Shown piece after piece: positions 46,460 through 54,438 of a stretch of DNA of 64,000 nucleotides. Below the pieces are notes generated by a model that did no database searches, was not told the DNA's origin, and saw only the letters and a list, made by a program, of their open reading frames with translations. Source of the DNA: an uncultured Candidatus Saccharibacteria bacterium (GTDB taxonomy: Bacteria; Patescibacteriota; Saccharimonadia; Saccharimonadales; UBA4665); NCBI GenBank assembly GCA_964497565.1, contig CAZCCP010000006.1:1449-65448 (forward strand). Reading direction: 5' to 3'. Positions within the stretch are counted from its first letter, which is position 1, and each line of letters begins with the position of its first letter. Made by a program: the position numbers and the translations under genes.

Positions 46460-47944
46460 ATGGCTCGCTTACCACAACCTGGCGGTGATACTAACCAATG
46501 GGGCGACGTGCTCAATACATTTCTGCTTGTTGAGCACAATAACGATGGTAGCCTTAAGCTTCGCACAGACGGTACGTTTTATCAGAAGCCAGGCAGTGGT
46601 ATCCCTGCAAGTGATCTTACCTCGAGTCTGCAAAACAGCATCGCCAACGCCGTCGCCAAAGGATCGCAAATTCTCTACAGTGCTGATTACGGCGTAACCG
46701 CTGACGGCACAACTGACGATGCGGCAAACTTGCAAACAGCGATTGGTGCTGCTGTAAGTACCGGGAAGATGCTCGTGTTGTCGCCGGGCACAATGATCGT
46801 TGGCACAACGCTCACTATCACCGACTCTGTAACAATTATTGGCAGTGGCCGCGAAGCGACCATCCTCAAAGCCAAAAATGGCCTTAACGCTGATGTCATC
46901 ACATTCAACCCGGGCAGTGACGGTATTGTAGGCGCGCACTTGTCCGACTTCACCATTGATGGTAACTCTGCCAATATGACAAGTGGCAATGGCATTACCG
47001 CAGACGGCGCGGTTCAGTGTAGTTTTGAGCGCATTCATTTCACCAGCATCTACAACTGGGGACTTCAGCTTGGCCCACTCCCTAGCAGCGGCTTTGGCCA
47101 TCATAACCGTGTTAGCGCATGTTTGTTCGACAACGCTGGCAGTAGTGCAGGTTTTGGCGGTGGCGTACGCACGACTTCGAGCGATGAAAACTGGTTTATC
47201 GCCAGCGACTTCGAGTTCCTTGGTGGGGCAACAGCGCCTGCAGGGTCCGGAAATCCTGTTATGTTCTATGACCAGGCAGGCCTGCAAACTATTATGGGAT
47301 GCTGTTTCGTGTCTGGATCGCACAACTGTATCGGTGTCCGTGTCCAGAACACCAAAGGTACCAAGATCGTCAATTCAACCTTTGACGGCATCGGTGGCGA
47401 CAGCGTGTTCATCGTAGCCAACAAGTGTGTCGTTAGCAACAATCTCTTCACCGGTATCGGCGATGCTGGCTCTACACCCATCTCTGGTATTCACCTAGAG
47501 TTCAATACGCACTACAACACTATTACCGGTAACTCACTCGAGACTTCAAACACTGCCGGCAAGACGCATAGCCTTATCCGCGAGGAAGGCATCGGTGGTG
47601 CTGGTGACAACGTCATTACTGGCAATACTCTGTCCCAAAACTCAGCCCCGACGATTACCATGCTCGAAACTGGTGGCGCTAATACTATTGTGCGCAACAA
47701 CATCGGCTATGCCACTGAGGCAAACGGCACCGCGACGATTACGACAGCCGCAACAAGTGTCAACGTCACGCATGGCCTTGGCATGACGCCAGCGCTCGCC
47801 AATATCACCGTTACACCGAGTAACAATCTTGGCACTGCCACAAGATTCTGGGTTAGCAATGCAGGTGGTACGACATTTACGATTAACGTCGATGCTGCCC
47901 CCGGCGCTGGTACCGCGACATTCGTGTGGTCGGTTCGATCCTAA
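46460..47944 (+). CDS. Right-handed parallel beta-helix protein (pectate-lyase superfamily / tailspike-like)
   Basis: YGVTADGTTDDAANLQTAIGAA...LVLSPGTMIVGTTLTI, followed by many Gly/Asn/Thr-rich approximately 22-25-aa repeats. The N-terminus PQPGGDTNQWGDVLNTFL resembles phage fibre or surface proteins, from memory. Confidence 0.7.
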   Translation: MARLPQPGGDTNQWGDVLNTFLLVEHNNDGSLKLRTDGTFYQKPGSGIPASDLTSSLQNSIANAVAKGSQILYSADYGVTADGTTDDAANLQTAIGAAVSTGKMLVLSPGTMIVGTTLTITDSVTIIGSGREATILKAKNGLNADVITFNPGSDGIVGAHLSDFTIDGNSANMTSGNGITADGAVQCSFERIHFTSIYNWGLQLGPLPSSGFGHHNRVSACLFDNAGSSAGFGGGVRTTSSDENWFIASDFEFLGGATAPAGSGNPVMFYDQAGLQTIMGCCFVSGSHNCIGVRVQNTKGTKIVNSTFDGIGGDSVFIVANKCVVSNNLFTGIGDAGSTPISGIHLEFNTHYNTITGNSLETSNTAGKTHSLIREEGIGGAGDNVITGNTLSQNSAPTITMLETGGANTIVRNNIGYATEANGTATITTAATSVNVTHGLGMTPALANITVTPSNNLGTATRFWVSNAGGTTFTINVDAAPGAGTATFVWSVRS

Positions 47945-47948
47945 TAAA

Positions 47949-47980
47949 ATAAGCCCCTGGAAATCCGGGGGCTTATTTGT
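47949..47980. terminator. Bidirectional terminator
   Basis: AAATAAGCCCC, loop, GGGGCTTATTTG. Confidence 0.7.
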
Positions 47981-47998
47981 TTGCAAACGCTACACGGT

Positions 47999-49468
47999 TT
48001 AGTGCATAGCGATAGGCGTTGGAGTGCTACCATCTTGGTTAGCGTACTTAGCCAAGTGGTGCTTGTGCTGCTTGACAACAGTCGTTGCAACAAAGGCAGC
48101 CAGAAGGGCAAAGGCAAAACCGACATAGAAGGCATTCGTCCAACCACCAACAGTTGCCGTAACAATCTCGTTGGCAGATGGCATGTGGCCAAGCTTGCTC
48201 AGAACGTCAGTGGTGTGTGATGCAGCAACTCCAGAGAGAACTGCAAGACCCAACGCGCCACCAATCTGCTGCGAAGTGTTAAACAGACCAGAAGCAAGAC
48301 CTGCTTCGTTGCCTGGAACACCTGAAGTAGCAGTAATTGTGGCTGTCACAAAGATTGCGCCCATACCAACAGCGACGAGCGACAAACCTGGGAGAATATT
48401 ACCCACGTAGGTACCGTCAACTGGAAGGTGACCGAGCCAGAACAAACCGCCAGCGACAAACAATGGGGCGACCATCAGAATGCGCTTATAACCAATCTTG
48501 GCGACCTGTCCCGACATAACTGTCGCGACAATACCAATGATAAAGGTTACTGGCAGGAGGCTCACACCAGTCATAACTGGCGAGTAGTCCATAACTGTCT
48601 GGATGTAGAGTGATACAAAGAAGAACATCGACATCATGGCAGCCGTAATTGGCATCATGACGAGGTTAGCACCAGTAAGGTTGCGGATGCGGAAAATTGA
48701 CAGTGGCATAAGCGGGTGCTTAACACGTGACTCGTTCCAGACAAATGCACCAAGTAATGCTATAACGGCTACGAACAAACTCAGTGTCGTACCGTTGGTC
48801 CAACCCCATTCAGGAGCCTTCGTAAGCGCAAACACCAAGGTCATAAGACCACCGGTTACCGTAATGGCGCCAGGAAGATCGAGGTCGTTGTGATCTGCTT
48901 CACTCTCGTGCAATGGAATAATGCGACGAGCGATAAGGATCACGAACAAACCAACAGGGATGTTTACAAAGAAGTTCCATTCCCAGCTTGTGTATTCAGT
49001 AAGAAGTCCGCCGAACACAACACCCGCTGCAGCACCACCGGCTGCAACTGCGCCCCAGATACCAAGGGCTTTGTTTCGGTCAGCGCCTTCCTTGAATGAC
49101 GTCAGAACAATAGACAATGCTGCTGGTGACATCAAGGCCGCGAACAAACCTTGTAGACCACGAGCTATAATCATCATTGTGCTGTCTTGTGACAAGCCGA
49201 CGAGTAGTGACATAGCAGTAAAACCGGCAACACCGATGATGAACATCTTGCGACGCCCGTAAAGGTCAGCTGCGCGACCACCGAGGAGCAAGAAACCGCC
49301 AAACGCAAGCGTATACGCAGTAATCACCCATTGCAGGTCACTGGCATTGAAGTCCAGCGCTTTTTGGATAGCCGGCAATGCAACGTTTACGATCGATGTA
49401 TCGAGAACGACCATAAACTGCGCAAGCGCAAGCAATCCAAGCAAACCCCATTTAAAAGGTTGCTTCAT
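47999..49468 (-). CDS. MFS drug:H+ antiporter, DHA2 type (14 TMS)
   Basis: LDTSIVNVALPAI and GGRAADLYGRRK motifs. 489 aa. Confidence 0.9.
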   Translation of the reverse strand: MKQPFKWGLLGLLALAQFMVVLDTSIVNVALPAIQKALDFNASDLQWVITAYTLAFGGFLLLGGRAADLYGRRKMFIIGVAGFTAMSLLVGLSQDSTMMIIARGLQGLFAALMSPAALSIVLTSFKEGADRNKALGIWGAVAAGGAAAGVVFGGLLTEYTSWEWNFFVNIPVGLFVILIARRIIPLHESEADHNDLDLPGAITVTGGLMTLVFALTKAPEWGWTNGTTLSLFVAVIALLGAFVWNESRVKHPLMPLSIFRIRNLTGANLVMMPITAAMMSMFFFVSLYIQTVMDYSPVMTGVSLLPVTFIIGIVATVMSGQVAKIGYKRILMVAPLFVAGGLFWLGHLPVDGTYVGNILPGLSLVAVGMGAIFVTATITATSGVPGNEAGLASGLFNTSQQIGGALGLAVLSGVAASHTTDVLSKLGHMPSANEIVTATVGGWTNAFYVGFAFALLAAFVATTVVKQHKHHLAKYANQDGSTPTPIAMH

Positions 49469-49490
49469 ATAAAATCCCTTTCAGTTATTA

Positions 49491-49505
49491 ATTGATTTCA
49501 TCAAT
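49491..49505. promoter_or_regulatory. Palindrome in the MFS/marR divergent region (candidate operator)
   Basis: ATTGAT-TTC-ATCAAT. Confidence 0.4.
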
Positions 49506-49529
49506 GATTGTAAATCTAAATATTTGAGG

Positions 49530-49559
49530 TTGTCAAGTATTTGCTACATGACGTATAAT
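49530..49559 (+). promoter_or_regulatory. Promoter predicting a near-leaderless marR transcript
   Basis: TTGTCA (49530-49535), 18 nt, TATAAT (49554-49559). The ATG at 49569 begins 10 nt after the end of the -10 element. Confidence 0.45.
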
Positions 49560-49568
49560 AACTATGTT

Positions 49569-50060
49569 ATGCAAGATAAGTACGAAGACCTCAACACGTT
49601 TTGGCTAACTTTCGAGCTCATGCTGCGGATGAAACCGCGATTTATTGAGTCGGCTGTTAAGCGCGGTCTTACGACGCAGCAATTGCACGTGCTTGGGTTT
49701 TTGAGTGATAACCGCCCTCACCCTATGAGCTGGATGGCTGCACTCTTGTCTTGCGATGCCTCCAACGTTACTGGTATCGTTGACCGATTGGTCGCCATGG
49801 ACCTCGTTGAGCGCGTCGAGAACGAAAAAGATCGTCGCGTTAAAATGATTCAGCTCACCAAACACGGAGAAAAGATGCGCGCCGAAGTTATGGCTGAGCT
49901 GACACACGACAGCCAGGAGCGTATCGATAGCATGCTTACACGTGAGGAACAAAAAGTCTTCCGTGACATTGTCATCAAGCTACTCAAAACGACCGAAGCA
50001 GAAGCGCTTGAGGCCTGCCCTGTCGCCAAGATCTACGAAAAAATCAAAAGCCGCTCCTAG
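49569..50060 (+). CDS. MarR-family transcriptional regulator
   Basis: LTTQQLHVLGFL...VTGIVDRLVAMDLVERVENEKDRRVKMIQLT. The track ORF starts at a TTG at 49524. I prefer 49569. Confidence 0.85.
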   Translation: MQDKYEDLNTFWLTFELMLRMKPRFIESAVKRGLTTQQLHVLGFLSDNRPHPMSWMAALLSCDASNVTGIVDRLVAMDLVERVENEKDRRVKMIQLTKHGEKMRAEVMAELTHDSQERIDSMLTREEQKVFRDIVIKLLKTTEAEALEACPVAKIYEKIKSRS

Positions 50061-50075
50061 ATAAGAGCGGCTTTT
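50046..50075. terminator. Bidirectional terminator
   Basis: AAAAGCCGCTC, loop CTAGATAA, GAGCGGCTTTT. It overlaps the marR stop codon. Confidence 0.7.
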
Positions 50076-50181
50076 CTGGTAGCAAAGTAGGTGGGCTCTT
50101 GAGTGTATGCGTAAAAATGCCAGTGGCATCACATACACCCGAGAGCCGGACGGCTACCTCCTTAATTGAGAGCGGTTTGGA

Positions 50182-51099
50182 CTATCGGCGAGGCCGACGT
50201 ATCGGGAAGCGCTGCGCGAGATGCAGATCGTTGTCGTGTGATCCGCCAGGTGTGCGGTGCGATTGGTCGAGAACGACCTTCAGCTCGCCGCTGAGCTGCG
50301 GGTGAATGCCGAGGGTGTACATGAAGTGCACCACATCGACCTCCAGTCCCTTGAGCAACTCCAGCGGATCCAGTTCGAAGAGCGTTGAGCTCTCGTAGGT
50401 TGCCGTGACCGCCTGAGCGCGTACAGAACGCACGTCCAGGAAGTACGCCAGCCCGCAGGTAGCCTCAAGGCTGGGAACAAAAGACCGCTGCTGCTTGGTG
50501 ATGCGGACGGTGACCGTCGCCGTACACATGCGTCCCAGCCTGCTGTCATACGGAATACGTACGATGGCATGGCCGGTAGCCTCGTAGATCGGCTTGATCG
50601 CGCTGGAAAGCACGAGGCGTGCTGCCTCCGAGTTGCAGAGCGTCAGACAGTTGTTCTCGATGCAGAGCTGCCAGTCGCCCGCCAGGCCCGGATCTTGCTG
50701 GATCCAGCCGTCGACCAGCTCATTGAGCCGTTGTACGGTGAACGCCTGCTCGGGCCGCAGTACCACGATGTCGTCGTTCATGCTGTTGGTGTCGATGAAG
50801 AGTACGTCTGGCACACTCTTGTCGAACTCCGCCTGAAGCACGCGCAGCGGGATCTCCAGGTTGTACAGAGCCTCCTGGTCAATCGGATGCTCGTCGTCAT
50901 TCGGAAGTACGAAACACAGCCCAGACCTTCGGTCCCAGCTGACGCTCGCGCTGCCCTCCACGATGAGCACCTGCAGTGCCTGCAGCGTTGCGTTGATGCT
51001 GGCTGCCGTAAACGGCACCTCAGCAGGAACGCCAAGGACCAGTCTGTGCTGATCCCGGTTCGGCTGCTCAAGCAGTCCCTCTCCCCTGACGGTTGCCAT
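50182..51099 (-). CDS. High-GC paralog P1 (305 aa), unknown family
   Basis: RBS GAGAGGA upstream. GC-rich third positions (CTG/GAG/ATC/GAC codons). Shares VPFTAASINATLQAL, GLCF and C-terminal LGIHP..ELKVVLD with P2-P4. Confidence 0.8.
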   Translation of the reverse strand: MATVRGEGLLEQPNRDQHRLVLGVPAEVPFTAASINATLQALQVLIVEGSASVSWDRRSGLCFVLPNDDEHPIDQEALYNLEIPLRVLQAEFDKSVPDVLFIDTNSMNDDIVVLRPEQAFTVQRLNELVDGWIQQDPGLAGDWQLCIENNCLTLCNSEAARLVLSSAIKPIYEATGHAIVRIPYDSRLGRMCTATVTVRITKQQRSFVPSLEATCGLAYFLDVRSVRAQAVTATYESSTLFELDPLELLKGLEVDVVHFMYTLGIHPQLSGELKVVLDQSHRTPGGSHDNDLHLAQRFPIRRPRR

Positions 51100-51150
51100 G
51101 GGAATGTCCTCTCAATTGGTCCACGATGTGGAACGGTAGCTGACAAATAT

Positions 51151-51179
51151 ATTATACAATCAAAAAATAATAATCACAA
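51151..51179 (-). promoter_or_regulatory. Promoter of P1
   Basis: On the minus strand: TTGTGA, 17 nt, TATAAT (as TGTATAAT). The surrounding 40 nt are about 15% GC by hand count. Confidence 0.55.
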
Positions 51180-51190
51180 AGGTGTGCTTC

Positions 51191-51247
51191 GGCTGGGTGG
51201 TGTTCGGTAAAGATGGTCGCTATGCAACCGATGAACACCACCCAACC
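51191..51247 (-). other. Long-stem, large-loop hairpin downstream of P2
   Basis: 15-nt arms, GGCTGGGTGGTGTTC and GAACACCACCCAACC on the plus strand, with one G-U position in the minus-strand RNA. 27-nt loop. Confidence 0.6.
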
Positions 51248-51257
51248 CTGGCAACTA

Positions 51258-52169
51258 CTACGACCTGGCGCTTACGGCTCCAGGGAGAAAACTCAACGCT
51301 CGCTGGCTGTCGATGTTGACTCGGAACTCTGTGACATCTGGGTGGTATCCCAGTGCCCGAGCGAAAGCCAGCGACTGCTGCCAGACGATGTTGTCAGTGA
51401 CCAAGTCGGTCATCAGCCCGGTGTACGTAGTGCCCTGAGGCAAACCGATGAGCCGGGCGCGGGCAACTCCTTCAGCAGTCTGTTCGACGCCAACGATGTT
51501 GGGCACGAGTCGTGCTGCATCGAGGTCGAATGACAGGTCGATCCGATAGCCGGGCGTGCCGGTGACCGTGATCCAGATGCGCTCGATGAAGCCCTGGTCG
51601 AGCTCACATGTCACGTCGAGTTTGCAGTGCTTGTAGCGGGGACTGAAGCTGTACCGGAAGTCGCTCATAGACGAGCTGTCGCCGTCTCGCAAGGCGAGGT
51701 AGGGACGTGACATGTCGAACGACAGGTACTTGCTGCTGTGGCCCAGCTGCTCGAAGAGCGACTTAAAGCTCGCTGTTGTCACCGGCTGATCTGGTTCAAG
51801 GATCGCCAAGCACTCATCTCTGCCATATGGCTCACGGGCCGTCAGGAACAGGATGTCCTGCGTTGCTTCCGGCTTGTCATCGACTGCGAAGTCGAAGTCA
51901 AAGGCCTTGAGCTGGCGTCGAACGTCCTGCTCCTCGCGGAAGTAGTGACTGATCCGGAAGTGCAGAGCTGTACCGCCCACAACCGCGAGCTCAGACTTGG
52001 TGAGCACGCTGTCGATAGACGAGTCGCCAGCAAGGTGCTGCCGCAGTCGTTGGAGATCCCGGTACAGTGTACGGGTCGTAAAGACCTCCCTGGGGTCGAT
52101 GTAGATGTAGAAGTGCGAGTGATCGTCGAAAGATGGCATCGACAATACGGGCCGGCGCTTTGGGCGCAT
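51258..52169 (-). CDS. High-GC paralog P2 (303 aa), unknown family
   Basis: The track ORF starts at a TTG (52217) inside the promoter. The ATG at 52169 (MRPKRRP) follows the RBS GAGGGAAG. C-terminal ALGYHPDVTEFRVNID. Confidence 0.8.
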   Translation of the reverse strand: MRPKRRPVLSMPSFDDHSHFYIYIDPREVFTTRTLYRDLQRLRQHLAGDSSIDSVLTKSELAVVGGTALHFRISHYFREEQDVRRQLKAFDFDFAVDDKPEATQDILFLTAREPYGRDECLAILEPDQPVTTASFKSLFEQLGHSSKYLSFDMSRPYLALRDGDSSSMSDFRYSFSPRYKHCKLDVTCELDQGFIERIWITVTGTPGYRIDLSFDLDAARLVPNIVGVEQTAEGVARARLIGLPQGTTYTGLMTDLVTDNIVWQQSLAFARALGYHPDVTEFRVNIDSQRALSFLPGAVSARS

Positions 52170-52205
52170 TCTCTTCCCTCTCGTCGTGTAGTTGACGTGG
52201 GATAT

Positions 52206-52234
52206 ATTATGCAACAAATAAATAATAATTACAA
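52206..52234 (-). promoter_or_regulatory. Promoter of P2
   Basis: On the minus strand: TTGTAA, 17 nt, CATAAT (as TGCATAAT). It is nearly identical to the P1 promoter block over about 45 nt. Confidence 0.55.
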
Positions 52235-52248
52235 AGGTGGTGCTGGCT

Positions 52249-52301
52249 CTTGGGGTACGTTATCTTTGCGATGGAAGTCCATCAGACAAACATACCCCAA
52301 G
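52249..52301 (-). other. Long-stem, large-loop hairpin downstream of P3
   Basis: CTTGGGGTA (52249-52257) pairs with TACCCCAAG (52293-52301). 35-nt loop. Confidence 0.5.
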
Positions 52302-52328
52302 GGCCGTGTCAGCAGCCGAGCACATTGC

Positions 52329-53189
52329 TCAGCTTCGATCGCTCATCGGCGGTGGCTTGTAGAGCAGCTCATGGCTGTCATCGATCCTGATACGGAACTC
52401 CAGGTCACGCGGGTGGTAGCCCAGAGCTTTGGCGAACTTGACCGTGAACTTCCACACCTTAGCGGCGTTGACGAAGTCGGCCATGAAGCCCGGATAGGTC
52501 AGGAGCCAGGGTTGGCCCGCCAGACGTGCGGTGACGGCACTATGCTCCTCCACGACGTCCGCAGCGAAGTTGAGCGCTTTTGCGGCGTCCAGGTTGTAGC
52601 CAATCTGGCCCTCAGCGGCCCGAGTACCCTCGACATGCATGATGATGCGGTCGATGTAGTGGTTGCGGACAGTTGCCACGGCGTAGACGCGAGCCTGCTT
52701 GTAGCGAGGCTTGAGCACCCGGACTGCGTTCTCACCCAGGCGGTCGTGCCAGACCTGACAGACCCAGAGGTACGGCGCATCCGCCTTGATGTACCAGTCC
52801 TCGCCTTGGTCGTTGAGGCCAGCCAGGTAGGTGTTGATCGTCGTTACGCTCAGCGGCTGCTCGGGGTCGATTGCACCGCCACACTGGCCGGCAACGAAGA
52901 GAATCTCCGGAACTTCCGGCACGGCGTCCACTGCATACGTGAACTTGTATGCCATCAGTCGCTCGCGAAGCTCGTCGAGCTCGTCCGGGTTGCCGCCGAA
53001 GCGGAAACACAGACCCTTGTCGGAGCTGGTCTTCAATGCAACCCTGTTGAACTCGAACTCAGCGCGAAGCTTCTCCAGCTGAGCGATCACGCTATTCGGC
53101 GTGAACACCTCGTCCCGGTGCATGTGTACGAGCACCTCTCGGTGGCTGGTACTCACTTCGACAGCAGGCTGTCGGCTTTCAAAGTGCAT
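52329..53189 (-). CDS. High-GC paralog P3 (286 aa), unknown family
   Basis: RBS GGGAGAGG upstream. GC-rich third positions across the whole ORF, checked codon by codon. Contains GLCFRFGGNPDEL and ALGYHPRDLEFRIRID. Confidence 0.8.
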   Translation of the reverse strand: MHFESRQPAVEVSTSHREVLVHMHRDEVFTPNSVIAQLEKLRAEFEFNRVALKTSSDKGLCFRFGGNPDELDELRERLMAYKFTYAVDAVPEVPEILFVAGQCGGAIDPEQPLSVTTINTYLAGLNDQGEDWYIKADAPYLWVCQVWHDRLGENAVRVLKPRYKQARVYAVATVRNHYIDRIIMHVEGTRAAEGQIGYNLDAAKALNFAADVVEEHSAVTARLAGQPWLLTYPGFMADFVNAAKVWKFTVKFAKALGYHPRDLEFRIRIDDSHELLYKPPPMSDRS

Positions 53190-53234
53190 GAACCTCTCCC
53201 TACTCGTTCGTGCGAAGTATAGCTGACAAGACTA

Positions 53235-53263
53235 ATAATATAATGTTCTTCATACATTGGCAA
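53235..53263 (-). promoter_or_regulatory. Promoter of P3
   Basis: On the minus strand: TTGCCA, 17 nt, TATTAT, followed by the TTGTCAGCTA 5'UTR element shared with P1. Confidence 0.45.
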
Positions 53264-53324
53264 CGTAGCTACTCTATCGAAATGACACGAGTATCATCTT
53301 TAAGAACAGCTAGGTTGTGTGTTC

Positions 53325-53380
53325 GGGTCTCCTGGGGTTGTATGTTGATACCATACTGGCATCGCAACCCCGGGAGACCC
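53325..53380 (-). other. Long-stem, large-loop hairpin downstream of P4
   Basis: GGGTCTCCTGGGGTTG (53325-53340) pairs with CAACCCCGGGAGACCC (53365-53380), 15 of 16 positions. 24-nt loop. Confidence 0.6.
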
Positions 53381-53406
53381 TCGCAACTACATGTCATTCA
53401 CCTCTT

Positions 53407-54372
53407 TCAGGCGCGGTCGGACAGGATGTCGAAGTGGTGACTCAGTTCGATGGTCTGGAGGGCGCTGCCGTAATCCAGCGTGATGCTGTACTTCGGCATG
53501 CCGACCACCGGGAAGATGTTCAGGGCCTTGGCCAGTTCGACGCTGAGGGCGTGGACTGCGAAGATGAACTTCCTCGGATCACCGAAGGTGAACAGCTCCG
53601 AACCGGCGGTTTCGACGTGAACCTGGTTGAACTGGTCAACCTCGACGTTTACGACGCCAGCGACGAGCTTCACGCGGCTGAGGTCGAACTCGTGCGGCTC
53701 GATCGGCGAAATGACGCGGATCATGTGGTGGACGGAGGCCAGTTGGTCTTCCTCGTTGTACCCGCAGGAGGCCGTGATGATGCCACAGTACGGGTACTTC
53801 GCGACCACACGGAGTGCCATGGCGCTGTAGTCGATGGCGGTGTCGCGCAGGTCCTCCTGGTCGTCCTCGTCCAGATCGTCGTCGTAGCCGCAGTCCTCGT
53901 CGTCGAGATGCTCCAGCAGGAACGCTCCCCAGCCGACTGATGCCGTCCAGTCTTCCCGCCGTTTAGCGAGCTTTCCGGTGAAGCGGTCGATCAAGTCGAT
54001 GAACATGGCACCGGTGAGCACCTGTAGCGGCTCGATAACGAGCTGCGGGTACTTACTGGTGCAGTCCAGTGACAGGACTTCGAGAGCTTCGCTCGTGACT
54101 TTGCCATCAGCCCTGAGGGACGTCTTGATGTTGGCGGCTCGCTCGAGAACTTCTGGCGACGTTTCGTAGCCGAACCGTACGATCAGCCCGTTGTTCTCAC
54201 CCGAATAACGGATGGACACGTCGTCCAGTTCCTCGTCGGTGAGCTCTTCGATTGTGGCGGTGACGCTGGCGGCCGTAAACGGCATGTCCAGCGGCATCAG
54301 GAATGCCGGGCAGCTTTCGTCGGTGACAAGCTTGCCGCCGAGATCTGCGATTGAGTACACTTCTTCTCCCAT
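53407..54372 (-). CDS. High-GC paralog P4 (321 aa), unknown family, with an acidic insert
   Basis: MPFTAASVTATIEEL, GLIVRF and C-terminal AKALNIFP are homologous to P1-P3. Asp/Glu-rich insert DDEDCGYDDDLDEDDQED. Confidence 0.8.
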   Translation of the reverse strand: MGEEVYSIADLGGKLVTDESCPAFLMPLDMPFTAASVTATIEELTDEELDDVSIRYSGENNGLIVRFGYETSPEVLERAANIKTSLRADGKVTSEALEVLSLDCTSKYPQLVIEPLQVLTGAMFIDLIDRFTGKLAKRREDWTASVGWGAFLLEHLDDEDCGYDDDLDEDDQEDLRDTAIDYSAMALRVVAKYPYCGIITASCGYNEEDQLASVHHMIRVISPIEPHEFDLSRVKLVAGVVNVEVDQFNQVHVETAGSELFTFGDPRKFIFAVHALSVELAKALNIFPVVGMPKYSITLDYGSALQTIELSHHFDILSDRA

Positions 54373-54409
54373 CGTCGTCCACTGAGGTGAAATGGTAGTT
54401 GACGTGCAT

Positions 54410-54438
54410 ATTATACAATATTCTACTGCAATTAAAAA
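54410..54438 (-). promoter_or_regulatory. Promoter of P4 (clear -10, weak -35)
   Basis: On the minus strand: TGTATAAT, followed by ATGCACGTCAACTAC, which is shared with the P2 5'UTR. Confidence 0.35.

Noticed and set aside
51191-51247. The idea that the post-ORF hairpins are integron attC sites, since one arm contains GTTGGGT, which matches GTTRRRY.
   Set aside because: - The order of the RYYYAAC-like and GTTRRRY-like words is inverted relative to real attC sites.
- The other hairpins lack these words.
- Each cassette has its own promoter.
- No integron integrase is present in the window.
51738-53222. A 494-aa plus-strand ORF spanning paralogs P2 and P3 and the intergenic region between them.
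   Set aside because: It is antisense to two genes that have RBSs, promoters, mutual homology and G/C-rich third positions. Its own product is Arg/Val/Leu-rich, which is typical of a shadow frame in high-GC DNA, and it runs straight through an AT-rich promoter.
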